Shown here: positions 10,196-20,318 of the stretch, piece by piece
Layout of the letters: the number at the start of each line of letters is the position of its first letter
How positions within the stretch are numbered: the stretch's first letter is position 1
Source: Candidatus Latescibacterota bacterium
Lineage (GTDB): Bacteria; Latescibacterota; UBA2968; GCA-2709665
Direction: 5' to 3'
DNA: 64,000 bases
NCBI GenBank assembly: GCA_965219455.1
Contig: OZ244744.1
Coordinates: 896,001 to 960,000 of the forward strand
Program-made: the position numbers and the translations under genes
Notes under the pieces: generated by a model
The model's database searches: none
What the model was told of the DNA's origin: nothing
Seen by the model: only the letters and a program-made list of their open reading frames with translations

Positions 10196-11560
10196 CTACC
10201 CGCTCAGACGGTTCAGGACATTGCGGGTGATCTGCGCCACCGGACTGCTATTTCGGTAGAGGCCGTGCGACCATTCCATGGTTGCCGCCGTGAAGACCGT
10301 CCCCTTGAACTCGGTCTCGTTGACCGCGACGGTCGCATAGAACCGGTCATAGTGAATGCCGAGGTCCGCGTTGAATCCGTGGTCCTCGGCGTCTCCGATG
10401 GCTATGATCCGGTAGTGCGGGCTGACTCCGTCGCTGCCGGTGAAGTATGGCTTTCCATCCCTGAACTCAATGTCGCCGCCGTCGCACTCCACGCCGACAA
10501 TCGAGTCCTCTCGTCCGAACTCGTCCCCTTCACCCAACCCGGTCGCTTCGAACGCCCAGTGGTCGGGACGGCTCACGCGGAAAAATCCGTACTCCCCGGT
10601 TGTGGGCGCAATAAACACACCGGGAACCCGGGTTTTCGCGTTGACGGCCGCCGAATACGATACCCCGATCGTGCGTTGGCGCAAATTGTCGATCCCACGC
10701 AGCAAGGAGGTGTGCGGGTCTTCAGGGGTACCGAGCGGATGCTTTTTGTACCGGGTCTTGGCACAGTACAGCTGGCGTCCGTCAGCCCGGGTCTCCACGA
10801 GGTGCGAGAACGAGTTGCCCGCGAACACCATCAGGTTCCCGCCGCGGGCAACGAACCGCTGGAGCTGTTCACATTCTTCGCGGCTGGTATACTCGCCGTG
10901 GCCGATCCGTAGATGTGCGGAATAGCCGTCGAGAATATCCGGTTCGCGATCGTGATCCGCGTTAACACAGTAGTCTACCTGATAACCTTCGGCGTCCAGC
11001 CACGATGTGATGAACTGGTCCCAGGCGTAGAATCCGCCCATGATGTCCGGCTGTAGCGGTCGCTCAAAACTCACCAGGTCGCTGTGGATCCGGCCGGTAG
11101 ACAGGTAGTGGAAAAGGCTCTTGCCGCCCACGGGGTTATACGCCGCGTAGGTATTGGTTTCAATGGTCAGAAGAACCGGCGCGGTGGGAACGCGTGGACG
11201 AACCACGAACAGGATCTCGCGAATCCCCTGGGCGGTGGGAAAGGTGGCAATGTAGACGCCGCTCTGCCAGTCGTTGGGTACCCGGAATCCCACCGTCGCG
11301 GGCCAGTCGAATCCGTCGCGGTATCCGAATTCGGGAATCGGAGGAAGTCCGCCCCGCAGGTTGGCGATCTCCTTAACGAGACGCCGCCCGGCGCCTTCAT
11401 GGTACACGAACACATCGTAGTACGATCTGGAATTCGATATGTGGAATGTGATTTCCTCTCCCTGAAACACACTCAGGGGGCAGGCGTATCCACCTTCCCT
11501 CAGCTTCCAGTACCGGGTCGCGTCCTGTTCGTAGTGGGCGAAAATGTGTTCGCGTTTCAT
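10196..11560 (-). CDS. N,N-dimethylformamidase beta-subunit-like protein
   Basis: WQSGVY, NTYAAYN, GHGEY, GN, VGVECDG motifs typical of the DMFase large-subunit C-terminal family. Confidence 0.7.
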   Translation of the reverse strand: MKREHIFAHYEQDATRYWKLREGGYACPLSVFQGEEITFHISNSRSYYDVFVYHEGAGRRLVKEIANLRGGLPPIPEFGYRDGFDWPATVGFRVPNDWQSGVYIATFPTAQGIREILFVVRPRVPTAPVLLTIETNTYAAYNPVGGKSLFHYLSTGRIHSDLVSFERPLQPDIMGGFYAWDQFITSWLDAEGYQVDYCVNADHDREPDILDGYSAHLRIGHGEYTSREECEQLQRFVARGGNLMVFAGNSFSHLVETRADGRQLYCAKTRYKKHPLGTPEDPHTSLLRGIDNLRQRTIGVSYSAAVNAKTRVPGVFIAPTTGEYGFFRVSRPDHWAFEATGLGEGDEFGREDSIVGVECDGGDIEFRDGKPYFTGSDGVSPHYRIIAIGDAEDHGFNADLGIHYDRFYATVAVNETEFKGTVFTAATMEWSHGLYRNSSPVAQITRNVLNRLSG

Positions 11561-11813
11561 ACTGTTTCTCTCTTGTGGTTGGCGTAATGGTCTCTTGGCG
11601 CAGTACAAGTTACAAGAGGCCGGCGGCGGACCAAAGGTCCTGGCGAGTTTCCTGAACGGCAGCACGGTTGCTGAAACAACCTCTTGGGAAAGATAATTGG
11701 CCTTCGTATCTTGAGGGCGCATTCTTCTGGCGTGATGAAGACGGATTACATACAGCCTACCGCGACTCTGAGCGGACTGTTATGGAAATTAACCTTCAAT
11801 GAGGAGTTTATCG

Positions 11814-12839
11814 ATGAAACTGATCAAAATTCGTTCGCTCATACTTGCTCTGGCCGGGTTTGCAATAACCGGGCATAGTCAAGCAGGCACACTTGATGAC
11901 GTACGTGCAAAAGGACACCTTCAATGTGGTATCAATACAGGGTTGGCGGGCTTTGCTTTTACTGACGATCAAGGTAACTGGAGAGGATTTGACGTCGCAC
12001 TTTGTGAAGGTGTTGCAGCAGCGGTATTTGGCGACGCATCAAAGGTCAAATACACCAACTTGACTGGAAAGACCCGCTTTGAGGCGCTCAAAGCAGGTGA
12101 AATTGACATGCTTTCCAGAAACACGACATGGACGTACAGTCGAGACGTTGATCTCAAACTGACTTTTCTGGGAGTGAGTTTCTACGACGGACAAGGGTTT
12201 ATGGTTCCCGCATCGTTAGGTGTGTCCAGCGCAACCGAACTCGATGGCGCTTCGGTGTGTATTCAGACCGGTACGACTACGGAACTGAATCTGGCCGATT
12301 TTTTCCGACGTAACGAAATGAATTACGAGCCTGTTCCAATTGAATCGAATGAAGAAGCACGTCAGAATTACCTTAGTGGACGATGCGACGTCTATACGAC
12401 AGACCGTTCGGGACTTGTCGCAACTCGTGCAGCTTTTGACCATCCGGATGACCACGTTGTTCTGCCGGAAATCGTATCCAAAGAACCCTTGGGGCCACTC
12501 GTTCGACACGGCGATGATGAATGGGGTGACGTGGTTCGCTGGGTACTGAACGTCCTGATCATCGCCGAAGAAAAGGGGATAACTTCAGACAATGTCGCTG
12601 AAATAGCTGGTCAAATGAGCAAAGACGCTGAAATCAGTAGAATGCTCGGATCAGAAGGCAAATACGGCGCAATGCTCGGATTGAGTGCTGACTGGGTTGT
12701 TAACGTCATTTCTTCGGTTGGTAACTACGGCGAAATATTCGAACGATACCTTGGTGTGAACACCGACATCGGACTTGAAAGAGGTGTAAATGCTCTGTGG
12801 ACCGATGGTGGCTTGTTATACGCCCCTCCATACCGGTAA
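11814..12839 (+). CDS. aapJ: General L-amino acid ABC transporter substrate-binding protein (AapJ/BztA)
   Basis: Signal peptide; LSRNTTWTYSRD, FYDGQGFMV, SKEPLGP, GNYGEIFER, YAPP. Confidence 0.9.
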   Translation: MKLIKIRSLILALAGFAITGHSQAGTLDDVRAKGHLQCGINTGLAGFAFTDDQGNWRGFDVALCEGVAAAVFGDASKVKYTNLTGKTRFEALKAGEIDMLSRNTTWTYSRDVDLKLTFLGVSFYDGQGFMVPASLGVSSATELDGASVCIQTGTTTELNLADFFRRNEMNYEPVPIESNEEARQNYLSGRCDVYTTDRSGLVATRAAFDHPDDHVVLPEIVSKEPLGPLVRHGDDEWGDVVRWVLNVLIIAEEKGITSDNVAEIAGQMSKDAEISRMLGSEGKYGAMLGLSADWVVNVISSVGNYGEIFERYLGVNTDIGLERGVNALWTDGGLLYAPPYR

Positions 12840-12849
12840 GTCAATCTAA

Positions 12850-12933
12850 GAAGCTGTTTAAAAATTCCCAGCGGTCTTCGCGCGGCTGCAAAAGCGTCGG
12901 TCGGGAACTCACCGGTAATTTTCAAACAGCTTC
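12850..12933. mobile_element. MITE family A, internally deleted copy
   Basis: Ends GAAGCTGTTTAAAAATT / AATTTTCAAACAGCTTC; internal sequence shared with 15302 and 17416 copies. Confidence 0.75.
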
Positions 12934-13021
12934 CAAGAAGATGGTGCATGCAATCTGCATGCACCATCATTATTCGAGCCCCACACAGAAACAATTCATC
13001 GACGGTATTTCCGTGTGAGTT

Positions 13022-14179
13022 ATGCTGGGAAACCTCTGGAGTGAAAAAAAGCCTCGGCAACTGATCATTCAGATCATTGCGATCATCGTCGTACTGTCGC
13101 TGGCCGGCTTTTTCGTTCGCAATACGCTCAACAATCTCGAACTGATTGGCAGAGACGTCAGTTACGAATTTCTGTTTACACCATCCAACTACGACATCAA
13201 TCAACATCTGATCGAATACGATTCGCGCAGCACTCATCTTCGAGCAACTATTGTCGGTGTCATCAATACGGCTTTGGTTGCTTTTTTTGGTATCATACTC
13301 GCAACCTCAATTGGATTTACCGCGGGTGTCGCGCGCTTGTCCACAAACTTCCTGGTCAACAAGATTTCTTACGTATTCGTTGAATTCAGCCGTAATGTTC
13401 CGGTTCTGCTGTGGATATTATTGTGTCATGGGGTGATTGTTCACAGCCTGCCTCACCCCAGGCAAGCTTTGTCGGCGTACGATATGTTTTTTCTGGCCAA
13501 TCGCGGTGTCTATTCGCCGAAACCAATATTCGAACCTGCGTTTTGGGGTGTCATTGCGGTGCTGATTGTTGCTATTGGCGGCGCCTGTTACTTTTGCCGG
13601 TTCGCAAAACAAAAACAGGAACTGACCGGACAACGGTATCCGGTGTACTGGACTAACGTCTCGATGATCATTGCGCTTCCGCTGCTGGCGTTTTGGCTTC
13701 TCGGGTTTCCGGTTGAATTCCAATTTCCCGCGTTTGAAAAGTTTAACTTTAAAGGCGGGTTGGTCTTGAGTCCGGAGTTTCTCGCATTAACACTTGCGCT
13801 CGGGGTTTATACGGGGGCTTTCATCGCTGAAATTGTCAGAGCGGGTATCTTAGCCGTCAGTTACGGCCAGACCGAAGCCTCTTACGCATTGGGTATTAAA
13901 CCGAATTTCACCATGCGGCTAATCATATTGCCGCAAGCACTGCGGACGATCGTCCCGCCTTTAATCAGCCAGTATCTTAATTTAACCAAGAATTCATCTC
14001 TTGCTATCGCAGTCGGGTATATGGATGTCGTGGCAACTATTGGTGGTATTTCGCTTAACCAGACTGGCCGTGCATTGGAATGCATGTCCATTGTACTGGC
14101 CATTTATCTTTTCATCTCTTTGTCGATATCCGCGTTCATGAACTGGTACAACCAGAGAATTTCACTGGTGGAGCGATGA
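13022..14179 (+). CDS. aapQ: Amino acid ABC transporter permease (AapQ/BztB)
   Basis: RNVPVLL, AEIVRAGI..GQTEA EAA loop, YLNLTKNSSLA. Confidence 0.9.
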   Translation: MLGNLWSEKKPRQLIIQIIAIIVVLSLAGFFVRNTLNNLELIGRDVSYEFLFTPSNYDINQHLIEYDSRSTHLRATIVGVINTALVAFFGIILATSIGFTAGVARLSTNFLVNKISYVFVEFSRNVPVLLWILLCHGVIVHSLPHPRQALSAYDMFFLANRGVYSPKPIFEPAFWGVIAVLIVAIGGACYFCRFAKQKQELTGQRYPVYWTNVSMIIALPLLAFWLLGFPVEFQFPAFEKFNFKGGLVLSPEFLALTLALGVYTGAFIAEIVRAGILAVSYGQTEASYALGIKPNFTMRLIILPQALRTIVPPLISQYLNLTKNSSLAIAVGYMDVVATIGGISLNQTGRALECMSIVLAIYLFISLSISAFMNWYNQRISLVER

Positions 14180-14183
14180 ACTG

Positions 14184-15302
14184 ATGACGCAGAGTTCACC
14201 CAGGCAGGATATGCATCAAGAGTTGCCACCACCGAGGACCCAGGTTGGTGTAGCTGGTTGGATTCGCGGAAATTTATTTTCGAGCCCGATCGATATCGTA
14301 CTGACAGCGTTGTCGATCTACTTGCTGTACGAGATTATTCCGCCCATTGCCAATTGGATGTTCTTCGACGCGGTATTTGCAGAAGTCGAACACCGAAGAG
14401 AATGTCGGGAAATCGCAGCGGGTGCTTGTTGGTCAGTTGTGAGGATACGATTTGATCAGTTTATGTACGGATTTTATCCGGAGCATTTGCGCTGGCGAGT
14501 CAATCTGTCGTTTGTGTTGCTTTTCGTCGCCCTGATTCCGCTACTGTATGACCGTGTCAAAGGGCGGAAATATTTGCTCTGGTTTACATTGATCTATCCG
14601 GTATCCGCGTTCTGTATGCTGTGGGGTGGGTGGTTTGGACTGGAACATGTCGAGTCATCTAAATTTGGCGGTTTCTTGCTGACAGTGCTGATTGGCGTGA
14701 CTGGAATTGCCGTTTCTCTTCCACTTGGAATTGCGCTGTCGCTGGGACGTCACTCGTCAATGCCAGTTGTTAAGACGCTCAGCATCTGGTACATCGAATT
14801 TATACGTGGCGTACCGCTGATCACTTTGCTGTTCGTCGCCTCAACGCTTTTGAATTATTTCATGCCACCTGGTACGTACTTTGATCTGTTACTTCGCGTC
14901 ATCATTATGGTGATCATGTTTTCGGCTGCATATATCGCCGAAGTCGTTCGAGGCGGTCTGGCAGCAATTCCGCAGGGACAGTTCGAAGCAGCTGATGCAC
15001 TGGGTCTGAACTATGCAAAAAGCATTCGGTTGATCATATTGCCTCAAGCACTGAAAATATCCATACCTGGTATCGTGAATACCTTTATCGGACTGTATAA
15101 AGATACGACCCTGGTAGTCGTTGTCGGCCTCCTTGATCCTCTCGGAATCGGCCGCGCAGCGCTTGCCGACTCAAAATGGCAGGGATTATCGACTGAACTG
15201 TACATATTCGTTGCGATGGGTTTCTTCATATCATGTTTTGCCATGTCGCGATATTCGCTCTACCTTGAACGTAAGCTGGATACCGGCTACAAAAACGATT
15301 AG
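14184..15302 (+). CDS. aapM: Amino acid ABC transporter permease (AapM/BztC)
   Basis: GACW, IRGVPLI, AEVVRGGL..GQFEAA, KDTTLV. Confidence 0.9.
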   Translation: MTQSSPRQDMHQELPPPRTQVGVAGWIRGNLFSSPIDIVLTALSIYLLYEIIPPIANWMFFDAVFAEVEHRRECREIAAGACWSVVRIRFDQFMYGFYPEHLRWRVNLSFVLLFVALIPLLYDRVKGRKYLLWFTLIYPVSAFCMLWGGWFGLEHVESSKFGGFLLTVLIGVTGIAVSLPLGIALSLGRHSSMPVVKTLSIWYIEFIRGVPLITLLFVASTLLNYFMPPGTYFDLLLRVIIMVIMFSAAYIAEVVRGGLAAIPQGQFEAADALGLNYAKSIRLIILPQALKISIPGIVNTFIGLYKDTTLVVVVGLLDPLGIGRAALADSKWQGLSTELYIFVAMGFFISCFAMSRYSLYLERKLDTGYKND

Positions 15303-15489
15303 AAGCTGTTTTAAAATCCCCGGTGAGTTCCCGAGCGCGAGCGAAAAAGTGGCGGTCAAGGCGGGAGAATCCTCCCATATCTAATGTGTCGAGGCTGCGC
15401 GCCCCTCGCCTCTCTTGGGTGGATTTGACCAACGCAGACCGGCGCTTTTGCAGCCGCGCGAAGACCGCTGAGGATTTTAAAACAGCTTC
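15302..15489. mobile_element. MITE family A, full copy
   Basis: Perfect terminal inverted repeat GAAGCTGTTTTAAAATCC / GGATTTTAAAACAGCTTC, with TTA on both flanks. Confidence 0.85.
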
Positions 15490-15504
15490 TTAAAGGATTC
15501 TCAA

Positions 15505-16284
15505 ATGACGAATGACGCAACAAACACAGCTGTCAGCGAACGCGATGACCGAATTGCGATCGAAATTACAGACATGCACAAGTGGTTTGGTAAGTTCCAC
15601 GTCTTGAAAGACATCAATCTCACCGTTGAGCGCGGAGAAAGAATCGTAATTTGTGGTCCCTCAGGTTCTGGCAAATCAACGCTGATCCGCTGCATCAACC
15701 ACCTGGAGGAACATCAACGCGGGCACATCACGGTTGATGGAATATCGCTAACCGACAATCTAAAGAATATCGCAGACATCCGGCGAGAAGTTGGCATGGT
15801 GTTTCAGCAGTTTAATTTGTTTCCTCATCTTACAGTCCTGGAGAACTGCACACTGGCGCCAATTTGGGCGAGAAAGTTGCCTAGACAGGAAGCTGAAGAA
15901 ATAGCGATGAGGTATTTGAAGCGGGTACGAATTCCAGAACAGGCGTCGAAGTATCCCGGTCAACTGTCGGGCGGTCAACAGCAACGCGTCGCAATCGCTC
16001 GTAGTTTGTGCATGAACCCAAAGATCATGTTATTTGACGAACCGACTTCAGCACTGGACCCGGAGATGATCAAAGAAGTGCTTGACGTTATGATTCAGCT
16101 CGCACAAAGCGGCATGACGATGCTGGTGGTCACGCACGAAATGGGATTTGCAAAAACTGTCGCTAATCGCGTTATATTCATGGACGAAGGGCAAATTATC
16201 GAAGAGAATAATCCAGACGAGTTTTTCGACAATCCACAAAACGACCGAACCAAGCTGTTCCTCAGTCAGATCCTGTCACAATAA
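15505..16284 (+). CDS. aapP: Amino acid ABC transporter ATP-binding protein (AapP/BztD)
   Basis: [27 protein letters not shown]. Confidence 0.92.
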   Translation: MTNDATNTAVSERDDRIAIEITDMHKWFGKFHVLKDINLTVERGERIVICGPSGSGKSTLIRCINHLEEHQRGHITVDGISLTDNLKNIADIRREVGMVFQQFNLFPHLTVLENCTLAPIWARKLPRQEAEEIAMRYLKRVRIPEQASKYPGQLSGGQQQRVAIARSLCMNPKIMLFDEPTSALDPEMIKEVLDVMIQLAQSGMTMLVVTHEMGFAKTVANRVIFMDEGQIIEENNPDEFFDNPQNDRTKLFLSQILSQ

Positions 16285-16287
16285 ACA

Positions 16288-16317
16288 GAACCGGCGGCTC
16301 GAATGAGCCGCCGGTTC
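16288..16317. terminator. Hairpin between convergent aapP and fabZ
   Basis: GAACCGGCGGCTC-GAAT-GAGCCGCCGGTTC perfect 13-bp stem. Confidence 0.75.
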
Positions 16318-16349
16318 ACAATCTGGAAATGTACTTCGCCTCGCCTTTC

Positions 16350-16799
16350 TCAGGTCGCGCTGTCCGCCGGGACGAGTGCCGCCATCATCTCCGCTTCCGC
16401 GACGAGGTTGTCACCCACGAATGCCTTGCCGGCCACGCGTGCCACGTTCCGCCTTCTCCGCAACACCTCCACCTCCAGTCGCAACTGATCGCCCGGTGTA
16501 ACCGGACGCCTGAACCGGGCTTTATCGATGCCCATAAACATGGGGATCAGACCGGACTCGTCTCCCATTAAGACACCCGCCGTCTGTGCAAGCGCTTCCA
16601 CAATCAAAACGCCCGGCATCACCGGCCGCCCCGGGAAATGGCCGGCAAAGAAGGGCTCGTTGGCGGTGACGTTTTTGAGCCCCACCACCCTGCGGTCCGG
16701 CACCAGTTCGAGTATCCGGTCCACCAGAAGGAACGGGTATCGATGCGGCAAAATCCTCTGTATCGCTTCGGCGTCCATCACAGCCGACCATCCTCCCAT
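16350..16799 (-). CDS. fabZ: 3-hydroxyacyl-ACP dehydratase FabZ
   Basis: LPHRYPFLLVD, GHFPGRPVMPGVLIVEALAQ. Confidence 0.95.
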   Translation of the reverse strand: MGGWSAVMDAEAIQRILPHRYPFLLVDRILELVPDRRVVGLKNVTANEPFFAGHFPGRPVMPGVLIVEALAQTAGVLMGDESGLIPMFMGIDKARFRRPVTPGDQLRLEVEVLRRRRNVARVAGKAFVGDNLVAEAEMMAALVPADSAT

Positions 16800-16813
16800 C
16801 TTTCAACGGACTG

Positions 16814-17392
16814 CTAACGCTGCCGCATCGGACCCGTGCGGGCTTTCTGTTTGTCTCCAGCCTCCAGGTCTTTGTTCAATTCGTCCAGCACCTTCTGCGT
16901 CAGGTTGTATTCATCGTTGAAATACACCACGGAAGTCGCATTGAGCACAAAGTCGTAACCGTCTTCCTTGGCCACCTGAGAAATCACCTCGTTGACGCGT
17001 TTCAGCAATGGCGTAAGCAATTCCTGCTGTTTGAGCGCCAGTTTACCCCGTTCGGGATCGGTGATCTGGGCAAGAAACCGCTGTAAATCCTCCTCCTGCC
17101 TTTTCAACGCCTGCTCCTCTTCCCGCCTCCGATTCTCCATGTACATCACCTTCTGCCGCTCAAAGGTGGTCTGCTTCTTCCTCAATGTGCTCTCAAGCGC
17201 TTTGAGTTCCTTCTGAAGTTCCCCTTCATACTGGTTGTATTCTCTTTCGGCCTCCTGAAAAGGCTTGTATTTCGTTCGGATCTCGTTCGGATCAAAAAAG
17301 GCGATCTTCGCCTGTGCTCGCGCCGTGGACACCACCACGAAACACGCCATCAGGCCGCATACGGAAACCAGGAAGCGATGTCTCAAGTCCAT
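16814..17392 (-). CDS. skp: OmpH/Skp periplasmic chaperone
   Basis: Signal peptide, KIAFFD, coiled coil, GYDFVL...NLTQKVL; follows bamA. Confidence 0.88.
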   Translation of the reverse strand: MDLRHRFLVSVCGLMACFVVVSTARAQAKIAFFDPNEIRTKYKPFQEAEREYNQYEGELQKELKALESTLRKKQTTFERQKVMYMENRRREEEQALKRQEEDLQRFLAQITDPERGKLALKQQELLTPLLKRVNEVISQVAKEDGYDFVLNATSVVYFNDEYNLTQKVLDELNKDLEAGDKQKARTGPMRQR

Positions 17393-17415
17393 TTTAAATC
17401 TCCCTCCAACGTTTG

Positions 17416-17603
17416 GAAGCTGTCTTAAAACCCCCAGCGGTCTTCGCGCGGCTGCAAAAGCGTCGGTCTGCGTTGGTCAAATCCACCCAAGAGAGGCGAG
17501 GGGCGCGCAGCCTCGACACATCAGCTACGGGCGCCTTTGCCCGCCTTTCCCGACACATTTTCGCGCGCGCTCGGGACGCTACCAGGTATTTTAAGACAAC
17601 TTC
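17416..17603. mobile_element. MITE family A, full copy (opposite orientation to 15302 copy)
   Basis: GAAGCTGTCTTAAAA / TTTTAAGACAACTTC ends; body matches the reverse complement of much of 15302-15489. Confidence 0.85.
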
Positions 17604-19988
17604 TTAGAAGAACTGCGGACCGAACTGGAAATGCGTTACCATCTGCGGCTTTTGGCCGTCTACGCGCCGCCTGTCAAAACCCCAGGCAAAGTCAAATCCC
17701 ATAATACCCACAACCGGCGCAATCATACGAAACCCGACACCCACCGACCGCCTTAAATCGAAAAGGCTTGTTTCTGAAATACTATCCCACGCGTTGCCGG
17801 CGTCTGCGAACGCCAGCGCGTAAAACTGCTGTTGCACGACGGGAAGGGTGATTTCCAGGTTGAAGAGCAGTTGCGAATTCCCTCCGTCCGGAACGCCGTT
17901 TATGCGCGGTCCAAGAGACTGCTCCGGATAGCCGCGCACCATGGTGCCCTCAAAAATGCTCACGCCCCCCGGTGTGTATCGCTCGTTGAATGGCACGTCG
18001 GTATCGTTGAACGGCCTTACAAGCCCGATGGTTGTCTTCATATTCAGCGCGAACCGCCATGCGACCGGGAAATAGAAACTGGTTATGAAGTCGTGCTTAA
18101 GGAAATCCGTATTGCCGCCCAGGGGACCGCCCGCAAAGGTCGGTGAGTAGGAAAACACGGAACCGCTGGTTGGAAATACCGGCAGATCCCGGCTGTTGCG
18201 CGTGAAGTTCAGATTCACGCTGCTGGTTACGTTGTCGCGAAAAGAAGATTGCGCGGCCGGTTCGAAGTCTTCGGCGAAATTCCGGAATTTAACCTGCTCG
18301 ATCCGGTAACCTACGGATGCCCTTGAGAAATCGGGCCATACCAGCCGGCGCCCGACGGTAGCCAGAGCGCCCTGCCTGCGCTCGTCGAAGCCACTGTAAT
18401 ACCGGCGGTTGGTTCGGAAGATCAGACCCTGTAGACTCGTGGGCGTATTTAACAACCAGGGTTCCGTAAACCCCGTCCTGAACGACTGGCGCCGGTCGCC
18501 GAACTCCAACTGAAATTCCAGCTGCTGTCCGTTGCCCATAAAGTTGGGAATCTGTAGCGCTATCGTCCCAAGCAGGCCGTCGTACTGGCTGTAGCCGGCG
18601 CCGACGGACGCCGTGCCGGTAGACTTCTCCTCAACTACAAGGATAACGTCGAGTTCGGACGTCTCCTCCACGGGTTTCAGTTCCGGCACCACGTTGCTGA
18701 AATAGTTCAACTGTTGAATATTCCGGATACTGCGTTCAATGCCGGACCTTCGAAAGGTCTGGCCCGGACGAATCCAGAGTTCCCTGCGGATCACCCTGTC
18801 CTTTGTCTTCGTGTTGCCCGAAATCGTAACCTGCCGGATCTTCCACGGCTTATTCTCCACAATGTCAAAGTGCATATTGATCGTGTGCGGTGTATCGGCC
18901 AATCTCTCCTGGACCGCGACGGATGCCGTGATATAACCGATATCGCTGTACAGATTCTGGATTCCCTCCTGGGATTTGTTCTTCTGTTCGGAACTGTACA
19001 CCTCCTCTTCCTTGGCAACGATCATCCTGTCGATACCTGCGTCTTTGACGCGTTCGTTTCCCTCCCAGGTAATCTTGCCGAACTTGTACAGGGGCCCTTC
19101 ATCCAGGTACATATCAATAAAGAGATTCGCCTTTGCATCGTCATAATACAGGCTGTCGCGAAGAATCTCCGCATTGCGAAATCCATTCGCCTGGTAAAAC
19201 GCGAGCAGCGCCTGTTTGTCTTCGTGATAGGTATCTTCGGCGAACTGATTCCGGCGCAGAATTCCCCCGACCTGTTTGGTCTCTTTCATCACCTTTCGCA
19301 GCTTCTTGCCTTCAAACGTCTGATTGCCAAAAAACTGAATACGGCGCAGCTTCACCTTGAGACCCTCGTTCACTTTGAACGTAAGCATCACCTGACCGTC
19401 TTCATTCGGGTCTCCCTGCGTACCTTCGACGCTGGCGAGGAGGAATCCCTCTTCCTTGTACAGATCCACGATCTTGTTTTCCGCGCGTCTGACTTCATGC
19501 GGCGATAGCCACTGTTTTTCTATGAATGCCAGTTTCTTCTTCAGCTTCTTCGATTTGATGCCCTCGTTGCCTTCGAAATGCACGTCGTCCAGCTTGGGAT
19601 ATTCTTTCACGACAATCACAACGGCCACGCCTTCTTCCACATCTGAATCGACGTAGACCTGGATGTCTGAAAAAATATTCAACCGGTGGAGATTGCGGAT
19701 CACGCGGGGAGGATCATCCGGTAAGACAAGCTTCTGCCCCTCGGCCAGCCCGGAGGAGAACCGGATCAGAGATGCTTCCGTGATCTGATTGCCCCCGACT
19801 CTGATCTCGGAAATAACGGGCGCCTCCTGCGCCGTCGCCGTCCAGGGAGACAGGAGGTCCAGAAGCACAAGAAAACATCCGATAAGGATACTCAACAAAG
19901 CCATTTGCCTCCGTAACGCCAGCCTGCGGTTTTCAGGGATATTCAGCCTGGGCCTACGTCCGCCACAATCGAACAAACGCTCCGTCAT
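17604..19988 (-). CDS. bamA: Outer membrane protein assembly factor BamA
   Basis: POTRA repeats (GNTKTKDRVIRREL), VRGY motif, C-terminal Phe; start could be ATG 19904 instead. Confidence 0.93.
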   Translation of the reverse strand: MTERLFDCGGRRPRLNIPENRRLALRRQMALLSILIGCFLVLLDLLSPWTATAQEAPVISEIRVGGNQITEASLIRFSSGLAEGQKLVLPDDPPRVIRNLHRLNIFSDIQVYVDSDVEEGVAVVIVVKEYPKLDDVHFEGNEGIKSKKLKKKLAFIEKQWLSPHEVRRAENKIVDLYKEEGFLLASVEGTQGDPNEDGQVMLTFKVNEGLKVKLRRIQFFGNQTFEGKKLRKVMKETKQVGGILRRNQFAEDTYHEDKQALLAFYQANGFRNAEILRDSLYYDDAKANLFIDMYLDEGPLYKFGKITWEGNERVKDAGIDRMIVAKEEEVYSSEQKNKSQEGIQNLYSDIGYITASVAVQERLADTPHTINMHFDIVENKPWKIRQVTISGNTKTKDRVIRRELWIRPGQTFRRSGIERSIRNIQQLNYFSNVVPELKPVEETSELDVILVVEEKSTGTASVGAGYSQYDGLLGTIALQIPNFMGNGQQLEFQLEFGDRRQSFRTGFTEPWLLNTPTSLQGLIFRTNRRYYSGFDERRQGALATVGRRLVWPDFSRASVGYRIEQVKFRNFAEDFEPAAQSSFRDNVTSSVNLNFTRNSRDLPVFPTSGSVFSYSPTFAGGPLGGNTDFLKHDFITSFYFPVAWRFALNMKTTIGLVRPFNDTDVPFNERYTPGGVSIFEGTMVRGYPEQSLGPRINGVPDGGNSQLLFNLEITLPVVQQQFYALAFADAGNAWDSISETSLFDLRRSVGVGFRMIAPVVGIMGFDFAWGFDRRRVDGQKPQMVTHFQFGPQFF

Positions 19989-20005
19989 AACAAAAGTTCC
20001 TGTTA

Positions 20006-20204
20006 GTGTTCTGTCCCGGAAATAGATTGCCTGAATTCGGCCGACCAGAAGCAGCAAAAACAGCGATCAGCTATAAGCGGTCAGCTTGAATCAAAAACTC
20101 AATCAGTTGGCGTCAGCGCCGCGAAGAGGCGGGACCAGAACGGGCGAAGCGTGAGACGGGATGAATCGGCGGGAGAATGGTGAGATATTTTTGGGACAGG
20201 ACAC
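20006..20204. mobile_element. MITE family B copy 1
   Basis: Imperfect TIR GTGTTCTGTCCCGGAAATA / TATTTTTGGGACAGGACAC; first ~115 bp almost identical to 33749 copy. Confidence 0.85.
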
Positions 20205-20318
20205 CAATTCGGGCCCGTACGGAAAAATTGGGCCCGGCCGTACGTCCGGACCCAATTGGTCATGATCGAAGTGAAATCAGAGCAAAACTGACAACAAGCC
20301 CACGCGCCAGGCGCCGTT

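Noticed and set aside
19989-20057. Shared N-terminal peptide MLLLVGRIQAIYFRDRTL on BamA and the vWA protein as a targeting signal
   Set aside because: It is translation through the end of MITE B. The real starts lie downstream.
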